This document shows positions 20,439 through 31,577 of a stretch of DNA of 64,000 nucleotides, in pieces. Location of the stretch: assembly GCA_963770835.1 (NCBI GenBank), contig CAVYRH010000007.1, positions 132,785 through 196,784 of the forward strand. Reading direction: 5' to 3'. Positions within the stretch are counted from its first letter, which is position 1. Every line of letters starts with the position of its first letter. Source of the stretch: an uncultured Pseudomonadota bacterium (GTDB lineage Bacteria; Oederibacteriota; Muellerivitia; Muellerivitales; Muellerivitaceae). Both the position numbers and the translations under genes were made by a program. The notes below the pieces were generated by a model. That model made no database searches and was not told the origin of the DNA. It saw only the letters and a program-made list of their open reading frames with translations.

Positions 20439-21311
20439 GTGAATTTGCCTTTTCAACTAAAAACCCCAGGAGCTGAAATCTATGTCCCGGACGGGAAGCC
20501 CGTTCTGGAGGCGCTGAAGCGCACCACCCACCTGGGCGTCTGCGCGCACCAGGACGACCTGGAGTTCATGGCTTACCACGGCATCCTGGAATGCTTCGGC
20601 CACCCGAATGATCAATGGTTTACGGGTGTCACCGTCACTAATGGAAGCGGAAGCGCCCGGGAAGCCCATTACAAAGACTACACCGATGAGCAGATGATGG
20701 AAGTCCGCAAGGTGGAGCAGAAGAAGGCGGCGTCGATCGGCGAATATGCGGCCCAATTTCTCCTCAACCATCCCAGCAAGGCGGTCAAGAACCCTGCGAA
20801 TGCAGCTGTAGCCGCCGACCTCGACGCGGTCTTGGCCCACTGTCGTCCCCAGGTGGTTTACACCCATAATTTCCAGGATAAGCACGATACCCACGTGGCG
20901 GTGGCCTTGCGGGTGATCGCGGCCTTAAGGCGTCTGACAAAGGACCAAAGGCCGAAAAAGGTGATCGGGTGCGAGGTCTGGCGCAGCTTGGACTGGCTTT
21001 GCGACGAGGACAAAGTGGTCATGCCGGTAGACGGCCACGAAAATCTGGCGGATGCCTTGATGGGGGTGTTCGATTCCCAAATCTGCGGAGGCAAGCGTTA
21101 CGACTTGGCGACCCGTGGCCGCAGGCTGGCCAACGCCACCTATTTCGAGAGCCACGAAGTGGACAGGAACAAGGCCCTTTCCTGGGGAATGGACATGACG
21201 CCGCTTATCCAAAACGACTCGCTGGACCCCTTTGATTACACCAAGGCTTATATCGACCGTTTTAGCGACGAAGTGAAGGACCGTATCCAGCGCCTAAACC
21301 GGCCTTCTTAA
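20439..21311 (+). CDS. PIG-L/LmbE-family deacetylase
   Basis: AHQDDLE and YTHN..DKHDTH metal-binding motifs, R..EQ..AA, FDSQI. AAGGAG RBS. Confidence 0.88.
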   Translation: MNLPFQLKTPGAEIYVPDGKPVLEALKRTTHLGVCAHQDDLEFMAYHGILECFGHPNDQWFTGVTVTNGSGSAREAHYKDYTDEQMMEVRKVEQKKAASIGEYAAQFLLNHPSKAVKNPANAAVAADLDAVLAHCRPQVVYTHNFQDKHDTHVAVALRVIAALRRLTKDQRPKKVIGCEVWRSLDWLCDEDKVVMPVDGHENLADALMGVFDSQICGGKRYDLATRGRRLANATYFESHEVDRNKALSWGMDMTPLIQNDSLDPFDYTKAYIDRFSDEVKDRIQRLNRPS

Positions 21312-21496
21312 ACCCCTCCAATTCAACTTACCCTCATTTCTGAATTTAAATCGGGCTTCGCCCAATGTGGCAATGAGGGACACACAGTTTCCGATACCGG
21401 GACAGAAGGCCCCGGTCCCAATGGAAAAACTGTGTAACTGTAACTTTAAAAGGCAATCGATCCTTATATAATGTGGCAACCATCCTGCCTCAAGGA

Positions 21497-22210
21497 ATGA
21501 ACTTGAAACGCCATATAAAAGGTCTTGCGGTTGGAATTGCTTTCATAAGCGTCCTTGTCTTAGCCAGGACATCCCGGGCTGCCACTTCCAAGGGGGGCAC
21601 TCTCACGGGTAAGTTGACCGTTACTGCTCCTCCCCGGAAAGCGCCCCCGGTCAATAATTCCTCGGTGGATGAGTACGGCAACCCCCAAACGTCCCAAGCC
21701 GCCGCCCCTCCTAGTCTCCCGGAAGAAGTCGTCATTTACTTAGAGAAAGTCCCTGGGAAATACACGGCTCCCAAAAAACATGTTCAGCTGGATCAGAAAT
21801 TCCTGCAATTCACCACCCGCGTTTTGCCCGTCCTGAAAGGGACCACGGTTGATTTCACCAACAACGATCCGGTCTACCACAACGTGTTCACCAATTCACA
21901 GCTTAACAAGTTCGACCTGGGCCGCAAGAAAAAGGGGGAAACCGTCTCCGTGAAGATGGACCATTCAGAAATCCCGGTGAAGGTTTATTGCGAAGTGCAT
22001 GCCGCCATGAAGGCCTATATCCTGGTCCTGGACAATCCTTTTTTCACCAAGGTGGGACCGGGTCAAACCTTCCAGATCAAGGGAATCCCACCGGGAACCT
22101 ACACCATGGTGGCCTGGCACGATTACTGGGAGCCGGTGGAGCAAAAAGTCACGATTAAAAAAGGGAAGACCACAAAGGCCGACGTCACCCTGGATAAGGT
22201 GAACCAGTGA
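21497..22210 (+). CDS. Secreted cupredoxin-like / carboxypeptidase-regulatory-like domain protein
   Basis: Signal peptide. F.N.D...HNVF and YCEVHAAM (His/Cys/His/Met set). IPPGTYT..AWH C-terminal beta domain. Confidence 0.8.
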   Translation: MNLKRHIKGLAVGIAFISVLVLARTSRAATSKGGTLTGKLTVTAPPRKAPPVNNSSVDEYGNPQTSQAAAPPSLPEEVVIYLEKVPGKYTAPKKHVQLDQKFLQFTTRVLPVLKGTTVDFTNNDPVYHNVFTNSQLNKFDLGRKKKGETVSVKMDHSEIPVKVYCEVHAAMKAYILVLDNPFFTKVGPGQTFQIKGIPPGTYTMVAWHDYWEPVEQKVTIKKGKTTKADVTLDKVNQ

Positions 22211-24038
22211 GCGTCCCCCTTCGCGCCCGGTTCCGCTTGAGGGACAAATTGCTGGTGGCCGTCACCCTCCTGGTGGTGGTCTTAACCGTCGCCATTATCC
22301 TGATCCTCAACGTGCGCCTACAGGCGGAAAGCAGGGACGCCCTCAACGCGGACTTGGACCGTACTTTCTCCATTTTCAGCAGTTTCGTCAACCAGGAAAC
22401 GGGAAGCTTGAGGGACAAGGCCGTGCTGATGGCCGGCCTGCCCCGGTTGACCGCCGCCCTGGACGTGCGCAAGCCCAAGTTCTCCACCATGGCCGACACG
22501 GTTAGCGAATTGTGCCTGGACCTGGGCTCCTCGGTGAAGGCGCCGCCCCTTTTCGTGGTGACGGACAAGGAAGGCCGGGTCCTTTTCGATTCGCACCATC
22601 CCCCCGAGGAGATCGTGGCGCTCCGGGCGGGCCGGGAGCCCGACCCCTCCAAAATGAACGCGGGGGAGCCCATGATGGCCAATACCTGGCCCAACGTCAA
22701 AGCGGCCCTGCAGGGCCAGCCCAGCCAGGGCGGATTCCTTTATCGGGACAGCCAGCCAGGCGGAAAAGTCCAGGTACGGCTTATCAGACGGTTACCTATC
22801 CCATCCTGAGCCACGGGGAGGACCTGGGGGTCATCGTCCTGGGGGTGGCCCTGGACGAGGCCCTGGCCGAAAGACTTAAAAAACTAACGGACAGCGAGGT
22901 CGCCTTTTTTATCGGCAAGGATGTTGCGCCTCTACTTGGCCGGAAGACAAGTACCCGTTGGTGGCCCAAGCCTATCCTCGTCAATCCCCTCTGCCGAAAT
23001 GTGGAAGGAAAAAACAACTTCTCCCTCGGTTCCCGTGGACCTGAACGAGGAAAACTACCTGGTGCGGTTCGCCCCCTTCAAGGACACCCAGAACCAATTG
23101 ATCGGGAATTACGCCATCCTGCGGTCCGAGGACAAGGCCCTGGCCGTTCCAGAAAAACCTCCAGCAATCCATCATGATCGTCGGGATTCTCGGGGTCCTT
23201 TTCGCCTTCGTCATGGCCCTGTTCATCGCCCGGCGCATCACCGAGCCCCTGAACAGCCTGCTCCAGGGGGTCCAGGAAATCGGCAAGGGAAACCTGAACG
23301 CCAGGTGCCCATGAAGTCCCGGGACGAACTGGGGGTCCTGGCCGCACTCCTTCAATGAAATGATCCAGGGTTTGAAGGAAAAAGAGCGGGTCACGAACAT
23401 CCTGGGCAAATACATCTCCCCCGAGGTGGCCAAGAAGGTGTTGGGGACAGGGAGGGGGTGGCCCTCAAGGGCGAACGACGGGAATGCGTCGTGATGTTCA
23501 CCGACATCCGGGGTTTCACCGCCATGAGCGAGAACGCCCGCCGGAAAAGATCGTCGCCGACCTGAACGAATATTTCACCCTCATGGTGGACGTGGTCATC
23601 AAGTACGAGGGCACCCTGGACAAGTTCATCGGGGACGCCATCATGGCGGTCTGGGGGGCGCCCGTTCCCTTCGAGGACAAGGAACTGCGGGCGTAAAGGC
23701 CGCCCTGGAAATGCAGGAGGCCCTGGGCAAATTCAACAAGGCCCGCATCGACAAGAAACTGACCCCCTGACCATGGGCATCGGCATCAACACGGGGTGGT
23801 GGTATCGGGCAACCTGGGTTCGGACAAGCGCACCGACTACACGGTCATCGGGGAGGAGGTCAACCTGGCCTCCCGGCTCTGTTCCAAGGCCGTCCCGGGC
23901 CAGACCCTGATCTCGGAGTGCATGTACCGTAAGCTCAAGGGCCTGGTGGAAGTGAAGGCCCTGGAACCCATCGCCCTGAAGGGTTTTTCCGAGCCGGTGA
24001 AAGTATACGAGGTGACGGGTTTGACAGCCGGCGCTTAA
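22207..24038 (+). CDS. Membrane adenylate/guanylate cyclase (TM, Cache-like sensor, TM, HAMP, class III cyclase); several frameshifts
   Basis: Pieces in different frames: ARRITEPL (HAMP), [67 protein letters not shown]. Confidence 0.88.
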
Positions 24039-24067
24039 GGTCCTGCCGCTTTTTACTTGGGGAAAAA

Positions 24068-24210
24068 ATGAGACAACCGAATCGATGGGCCGGTTATTTC
24101 CTGGTTTTCATTCTTTTAGCGGCCTTGGGTTTTGCCCTGGCGGAGGATAAAGGCAGCTCGTCCACGGGCGCTTTGGAAGGCCATTTAACGGTGACGGCCC
24201 CCGCCCGCCC
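24068..24210 (+). pseudogene. Truncated 5' end of a paralog of the 21497..22210 secreted protein
   Basis: Signal peptide then STGALEGHLTVTAP, versus KGGTLTGKLTVTAP in the paralog. Similarity stops abruptly near 24210 although the frame stays open to 24577. Confidence 0.6.
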
Positions 24211-26118
24211 AAACGACGGCTTGCTCAAACGGGAGCTCGTGAGCCGCCGAGAGGGGGTCAGCCAATTCATTGGTCAGGAGGGGTTCCCGAGTAAACCGGG
24301 TCCGTGGATCGTTCCCACCAAGGCCGGAACGGCAAGGATGCCCAAAGAGCTGGATGTCGCCTTCCCTCCATCAGGAAACTGGCTAATGTTCGATGGCCTT
24401 CCGCTCAATTCCCAGCCGCCTGACCTGCTGATACAGCTAATCGAGTATATTTTCGTCCGGGACGGCGTCATCGGGCAGGGATCGGGGGGAATTCGACCGG
24501 CTCCAGTTCTAGAAGAATTCCTTGCGCGGATCGGCGAGATCAAGGCTCAAGATGGTTTAGTCGGTGACAAGGATTGACGAGGCGTATTCTCGTTGGGATC
24601 GCTGATTGCGAGCGCCGTCAAGCCCGGAGGTCAATCGAGCTGCAACCTGCGAGTTCGACGGGAGCCACGGGAGGCGCTCGATGCAGATAGCCTTCCAGGC
24701 GGCCTGCGGGACGGCGGGTTGTTCATCCACAATGCGGCGGGGCCTCCATAACCCGACTGGCTTCACGCACTTTGGGAGCTTAATTCCAGACCTTGAGCAG
24801 AAATCACAAAATATTGTGCCGTTGAAATCGGTTTTGGTTGCACCGGGGCGCGAATGGGCAGACACCTCGCGCCAAGCGGCGGGACCTAGGCGGGGCAACA
24901 CAAGACCTCAATTCACCCCGCCAAGACGATGGCGTGCGGGACAATCAATGCCGATTTCGACTGTCAAGCAGCTTTGCATTCCCAGCGCCGTCGTCACGAG
25001 CGACAGTCTTGTCGAGCAGGTCGCGCAGATCGAGGATTTCGGGTCCGGGAGGGTCGACGCACGCGAGTTCTTCCGGCGCAACTACTTCACCGCCGGCCTA
25101 GAGCTTCTGGTCAAGCGCGGCTTCGAACGCCTCGCTGGTAAGAGCGAGGACGGAGCGTTCTACCTCACCCAAGCGATGGGCGGCGGCAAGACGCATAGCT
25201 TGATCGCGTTCGGACTGCTTGCCTCCGACCCCGCCCTTCGCCGCGAAGTCGCGCCCAAGCTGACCGGCGCGGATGACTTCGGCGCGGCCAGGGTCGTCAT
25301 CTTCAACGGCCACCAGAACCCCGAGACGCTGCTCTGGGGGTACATCGCCGACCAGCTCGGCAAGTCCGACATCATGGCCTCATTCTGGCGGAACGGAGCG
25401 AAGACGCCTGGCGTCGACGAGTGGGTCGCGGTGCTCGGCGACGAGCCGATCTTGATCCTGCTCGACGAGCTGCCGTCCTACCTGCAAATGGCGCAGGGCG
25501 AGCGGGTCGGCGCGACGACGCTAGGCGAGCTGACCATCGGCGCGCTGGAGCGCCTTTTCAACGCTCTGCCGCGATGCCAGCGCGCCTGCGTCGTCGTTAC
25601 GAACCTAAAGGATGACGTCTACCTCGGCGGGTCGAGCCAGCTTCGTACCTTGGTCGAGAGCCTCACCAAGCACTACGATCGGAACGCGCAAGCCATTACC
25701 CCGTGCAGCAAAACACCGGCGAGGTCTTCGCGATTGTCCGCAAGCGCCTGTTCGACGGGCTGCCGGGGCGGGAGCGCATCGATGAGGTCGCCCAAGGCTA
25801 TGTGGACGCACTCCAGAAGGCGAAGCGCGTCGACACGATCCCGTCGACACCGGAGACATTCATCGAGCGCATCCGTGAGACATACCCGTTCCATCCGTCC
25901 ACACGGGACATCGTCGCTCGTTTCGCCGAGAACTGCGAATTCCGACGCAATCCGGCCAGGGATTCCGATTTGATGTCGGCCACCGTTCCGATTTGATCCC
26001 GGCCACCATTCCGAAATGAAGCCGGCCACCTGAGCCGGTCACGGCTCTCATCGTTTGCTCCCCGCGGTTCAGCAACTGCGGCACTCCTGACCCGTCGATG
26101 GTCGACGAGGAGATCGGG

Positions 26119-27658
26119 ATGCCGGCGAAGCGGGAACTGAGCATGCGGCAATTGCGACACTTATTGCGGCTTCACCACGATGGGGTGAGCGCGCGCGAGA
26201 TCGGGCGACGTCTTGGCGTGGCGCGCTCGACGATCCAGGACAATCTGAAGCGGGCGGCGGCGGCCGGGCTGGCATGGCCGCTGGCAGACGACATCACCGA
26301 AGAGGCTCTGGAAACCCGGCTGTTTGGACGGGCCGGGGTCACGCAAGGCCAACGGCGGCGGACCGAACCGGACTGGGCGGCCCTGGCGCGCGAGCTGAAG
26401 CGTCCTGGCGTCACGATGTCGATCCTCTGGGAGGAATACCGAGAGGTCCATCCCGAGGGCTACGGCTACAGCCGCTTCTGCGATTTGCTTCGCGGGTTCG
26501 AACGGCGGCTAACTCCGGTGATGCGCCAGCACCACGTCGCCGGGGAGAAGGCGTTCGTCGACTATTCGGGCAAGCGGATCGGGATCGCCGATCCGACGAC
26601 GGGAGAGATCCGCGAAGCGGAGATTTTCGTCGGCGTGCTCGGCGCCTCGAACCTCACCTACGCCGAGGCGACCTGGACGCAGGCGTTGCCGGACTGGACC
26701 GGCGCGCATGTGCGCATGTTCCGCTTTTTCGGCGGCGCGCCGAAGCTGCTGGTTCCCGACAATCTGAAGAGCGGGGTCAACAAGGCCTCGCTTCTACGAC
26801 CCCGAGATCAACCGCACCTACGGCGCGATGGCGGCGCATTATTCGGTCGGAATCCTGCCGGCGCGGCCGCGGCGGCCGAGGGACAAGGCGAAAGTCGAGG
26901 CCGGAGTCAGATTCGCCCAGACCTACATTCTCGGCCGACTGCGCCATCTGACGTTCTTCTCGCTCGCCGAATGCAACGCGGCGATCACCCTCGTCATGCA
27001 ACGCATGAACGAGCGTCCGATGCGCAACCTCGGCCTGAGCCGACGCGATCTGTTCGAGACCATCGAGCGCGACGTCCTCATCGCCTTGCCCGCCGACGAT
27101 TGGGAGTTCGCGGAATGGCGGCGCGCGCGGGTCAATCTCGACTATCACATCGAGGCCCATGACTTTCTCTATTCGGTCCCGCACGCGCTGATCCGCGCCG
27201 AGGTCGACGTGCGGATCACCGCGCGAACGGTCGAGATCTTCCATCGCGGCCAGCGCGTCGGCGCCCATCAGCGCCGCACCATGGGCCGCAAGCACGGCAC
27301 GGACCCCGACCACATGCCCAGCTCCCACCGGCGCTACGCCGAGTGGACGCCGGATCGGTTCCGCCGCTGGGCCGGCAAGATCGGGCCGAACACCGAAGGC
27401 TTGATCAGCGCCGTGCTCGCAAGCCGGCCCCATCCCGAACAGGGGTTCCGCACCTGCCTCGGCATTCTGCGCGCCTTTCGCGGCCTGGACCCGACCCGCC
27501 TCGAGGCGGTCTCGGCCCGAGCCGTCGAACTGGGCGTCTTCAACTGCAAGGGCGTCGCGTCTCTGCTTGCCCGCAAGTTCGACCCGTCGGGCGCGGACAG
27601 CAGCCCCATCACGCTCATCGACCACGCCAACGTGCGCGGTCCCCGCTACTACAACTGA
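26119..27658 (+). CDS. istA: IS21 transposase IstA (frameshift near 26790)
   Basis: N-terminal HTH, GYSRFC, FVDYSG, VPDNLKSGV, PRDKAKVE, YSVPH. Confidence 0.93.
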
Positions 27659-27669
27659 CAGGAAATCCC

Positions 27670-28404
27670 ATGCTCGCTCATCCGACGCTCGACCAATTGC
27701 ACGCGCTCGGCCTCCACGGCCTGGCCAAAGGCTTCAAGGACCTGGAGCACAACGCCGAGGCGCGCGGCCTCGATCACGCCGAATGGCTCGGCCTGCTGCT
27801 CGAATACGAACTCACGCTACGCCGACAGAAGCAGTTCGAAACGCGCGCCAGGGTCGCCAAGCTGCGTCACCCGGCCAGCGTCGAAGACGTCAACTATCAA
27901 AGTCACCGCGGGCTCGACCGCGCGCTGTTCCTCAAGCTCGCCGCCTGCGACTGGATCGCCGAGCGCCGCAGTTTGCTCATCACCGGGGCGAGCGGCCTGG
28001 GCAAGAGTTGGCTCGCCTGCGCCCTTGGCCACAAGGCGTGCCGGGAAAACCTCTCCGTCCTCTATACCCGCATGCCCCGGCTGTTCGCCGACCTCGCCAT
28101 CGCCCACGGCGACGCCCGCTACGCCCGGCTCCTGCGCTCGCTCGCGCGGGTCAAGCTGCTCATCCTCGACGATTGGGGCCCCGAGGCGCTCACCCCAAAT
28201 CAAGCGCGCGATCTGCTCGAAATCGTCGAGGATCGCTACGACAAGGGCTCGATCATCATCACCAGCCAGGTTCCCGTGGACCGCTGGCATGACCTGATCG
28301 GCATTCCGACACTCGCCGACGCCATCCTCGACCGCGTCATTCACAACGCCTATCGCATCGAACTGGCCGGCGAGAGCTTGCGCAAGCGGCCGTCTTCATC
28401 CTGA
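27670..28404 (+). CDS. istB: IS21 helper ATPase IstB
   Basis: GASGLGKSWLACALG, LLILDDWG, ADAILDRVIHNAYRIEL.GESLRK. Confidence 0.95.
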   Translation: MLAHPTLDQLHALGLHGLAKGFKDLEHNAEARGLDHAEWLGLLLEYELTLRRQKQFETRARVAKLRHPASVEDVNYQSHRGLDRALFLKLAACDWIAERRSLLITGASGLGKSWLACALGHKACRENLSVLYTRMPRLFADLAIAHGDARYARLLRSLARVKLLILDDWGPEALTPNQARDLLEIVEDRYDKGSIIITSQVPVDRWHDLIGIPTLADAILDRVIHNAYRIELAGESLRKRPSSS

Positions 28405-30887
28405 AATCGACATGGCGCGGAGGCCCGGCTCGCTGCACCCTCGGCGCGAAGGCCGTGGATAACGGCGGGCTCCGCTACGGCGCAATGGAAAGCGCGCTCC
28501 GCCCGCCGTTACCCACCGCCACCCAAGCGCTTGCGGAGACTCCAAATCCAACCCTGGCTTGACCAACGGCTCCGGGCAAAACATCATCGCATAGATCCGC
28601 GGAAGCAGACGCCGAGGTGGCCGACATCAAATCGGAATCCCGGCCGGCTTCAAATCGGAATCGGTGGCCGGCTTCCTATTGGAATGCGTGGCCGGCTTCG
28701 TCGGAATCCGCCGAGAACCGCGGCTATCAGAAGACGCGCGCTCTGATCCGCCTGCTGCGGCTGGCGGTGCGCGGGGCAATGGCCAGCAAACGACAACGCG
28801 TTCCTGATCGGCCTCCAGCACCTCGATTTCAACGATCAGGCGACGCATGGAGGAAATTCGCAAGATCAACCCAGCTTACGCCAACGCGATCTCGCGCGAC
28901 GTCGCCGACCGGGGCAACGCGCTGGCCGAAAAGATCGACGCGGCCGACGGCAACCCCACCGCCTCGGCCGTCGCCAAGGTGCTGCTCATGTCCTCGCTGT
29001 CGGCCGCCGAAATCGCCGTTGCGCGGCCTCACCGACGGCGAGTTGATCGAGACCCTGGTCGATCCGCTGCTCGAAGTATCGGAGATCAAGGGCGCGCTCA
29101 GCCGGCTGCAAGGCCAGGCCTGGTATCTGTTCCAGGGCGTCGATCAGCGCGTCTTCTTCGGCCAGACCGCGAACGTCACGGCCGAGATCACCGAGATCGC
29201 CGCAGAACATCGCCGAGGAGCAGGTCGATCAGACGCTGCGCGACAAGTTGCAGGAGGTGTTCAAGCCGCGCACCGGCGCGCTCTATTCCGACAAAATGGC
29301 GATCCTGCCGGCGCTCGACGAAATCCAGCTCGACGACGATCGCCCGACGCTCATCATCCTGGAACGACCCGCCGACAAACTGCCGCAGGACTTCGTCGAC
29401 TGGTGGAACAAGCAGGACCTCCAGAACCGCGTGCTGGTCCTCACCGCCGACCCGAACGCGGTCGACGACGCTGCGACTCAGCGCGCGGCGCATGCGGGCC
29501 ATCGACAAGGTCGAGGAGCGGATCAAGGCGCAGCACGGCCAGGGTCGCCGCAGATGGCGGAACTCGAGGGCGTGCGAGGATCGCGAGGCGGCCGACTTCA
29601 CCAGCGCGCTGCGCGAGACCTTCAAGACCATCGTCTTTCCGATGACGAAGGCGCTGCGCACGCGTCGACGACTTCCGCATGGAGTTCGACCGCAACGACT
29701 ATTCGGGCGAGCAGCAGATCATCGACACGCTGACCAAGCGCGGCAAGTTCATTCCGACCGACCAGTTCGACGCGAAGTTCGACACTATCCGACTCGACGC
29801 CGAGGAATTCCTGTTCGACGCCGACGCGGTGCAGGCAGTCGTCGCTGCGGCGCAACGCCGCCGTCCGGTCGGGCTGGTTCTGGCTGCCGCGGGGCGGGCT
29901 TGAACAGCTTGTCCGCACCGCCGTCCAGCGCGGGTTCTGGCGCGAGAAGGAAGGGCTCGTCGCCAAGAAATGGGAGCGGCGCACGCGCGTCACGGCCCGT
30001 CAGGACGATTTCGCGCCGGACCCGATGGTGACCGGCCGGTTCCAGATCAACGTGACGCCGGAGGACGCCGACATCGTCTATGTTTCCGAGAGCGGGCCGC
30101 CCGACCCGCCAGACGGCGGCGAAACTCGACGGGCGGGTCTACGAGACCGCGGCTCCCGCCGTCTGGTTTCTCGCCGTCGACTAGCAAGGGCGTCGCGGCG
30201 ACCGGCGACGCCTGCGAGTGGCGCGCGCCGATCCGCGTGAAGCCGGACGTGAAGCGCGTTTCCGGCGGCTATCAGGATCGCGTTCGCTGGCCATCCCGCG
30301 CTCGGCGGTCATCCGCGCCACGTTCGACGGCTCCGACCCGAAGACCGGGCCGGCGGTCGCGACGGCGAGATCGATGCGCCGAAAGGGGCGACGCGACTGC
30401 GAGTCGTTGCGGAGGTCGACGGGCAGTTTCAGCCAGGAGGAAAGCTGCGCCGCTTCAGGCGCGGCCTCGAGCGAGCGGTGGCGGCGGTGACAGCCGCCAG
30501 CCGAAGCCGGCGCTGAAGCCGGACGCGCCCGCCGACATGACCTCCCGCTTCGAGCCGAAGGACACGGCGGCCGCGTTCTCGGCGCTCGACCGGCTCGCCA
30601 AAACGCCAGACGCGCAGGTTCTCGGCGGCTCGGTCGAAGTGAACGGCGGGCGGTCGGAGGCGGATTTCCTGACGCTTCGCCTCGGGCGAGATGTCGCGGT
30701 TCCGGCCGCCGACCTCGACAAGATGCGTGAAGGACGCTGGTCGAGACTGCTTGACGCGCCTGCAGCCGACCGTGAAATTGCGGCTCGACGGGATTGCATT
30801 TCCCGTCGGGCCGGGACCTCACTGAGCTTCTGCGACGCGGCGGGCGAGGACTTCGACCGCGTCGACATGGAAGCAGGACTGAGAGCC

Positions 30888-31559
30888 ATGGATCGCCACC
30901 GCACGCCCGCCAATTTCGATTGCGCCGACATCTATCAGGAGCACGGCTACCTCGTGCGCCTGACCAAGGGGCGCGAGGCGAAGGCGCAGGTGTTCGAGGT
31001 GTTCGGCCGCCCGCCGACCGAACGCGAGCCGCAATGGGCGCCCGAGACGGTCTTGCGCTGCGAGGTTGCGCGCGACGTATGGGACGTCGTCTCGCCCGAG
31101 GCGCGGGCGGAGTTCAATCGCCGTCTGAAGGCCGGAGGGCAAGCCGGCCGGGCGCTGGGGCGCGGACGAGACGGCGGTGCAGCGCCTGTTCGGCAAGGAA
31201 CTGCTGGTGCTGCTGTGGGCCGTGGAGCTGCCGCGACGTGAAGCCGGAGGAGATCGCGGTCGCGATCCGCAACTGGCTCGGCCTCAAGCCCGAGGAGCGC
31301 TGGTGGCTGTACACGATGACGGCGGCGGCGACCGGGCTCGCGCATCAGAGCGGCATGGGCTGGCGCGGCGCGCTGCGGCAGGCGCTGTGCTTCGGCACGC
31401 GCTCCGACGCCTTCCAACTTGGGCGCGGTCGCCGGGCGCGGGACGCTGGCGCCGCGGGTCAACGCGGCGTTCGCGCCAGCCGAAGCGGAAGAAGCCAAGC
31501 CGGCGAAGAAGACGGACGATCCGGGCTTGCTGTTCGCCGCCGCCGTGCCGGCTGAGTGA
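30888..31559 (+). CDS. DUF3780 protein of the restriction-like system (frameshifted)
   Basis: EFNRRLK, RLFGKELLVLLWAVE, AIRNWLGLKPEERWWLYTMTAA, GWR.ALR.AL. Lies between DUF499 and DUF1156. Confidence 0.85.
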
Positions 31560-31577
31560 TGGAGCTGGCCGTGAGCG

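Larger units (their letters stand above)
25934..28712 (+). mobile_element. IS21-family insertion sequence
   Basis: Left end TGCGAATTCCGACGCAATCCGGCCA, right end TGGCCGGCTTCGTCGGAATCCGC. Multiple subterminal repeats at both ends. Target duplication (C)GAGAAC at 25927-25933 and 28712-28718. Contains istA-istB. Confidence 0.95.
24948..30882 (+). pseudogene. DUF499 ATPase of the restriction-like anti-phage system, split by IS21 (25934-28712) and carrying frameshifts
   Basis: Walker A QAMGGGKTHSL, Walker B ILLDEL, YPFHP. Removing the IS restores RFAEN|RGYQKTRALIRLL. Confidence 0.85.

Noticed and set aside
24210..24947. A second att site (tRNA-Trp 3' duplicate) marking the island's left end
   Set aside because: No TGGCAGGAG-like copy was seen by eye. 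The boundary is probably lost at the junction.
25934..26030. Short repeats (TTCCGAtttGAnnnCGGCCACC) here and mirrored at 28615-28712, superficially CRISPR-like
   Set aside because: They have no unique spacers and are inverted at the two ends of the element. They are IS21 subterminal transposase-binding repeats.
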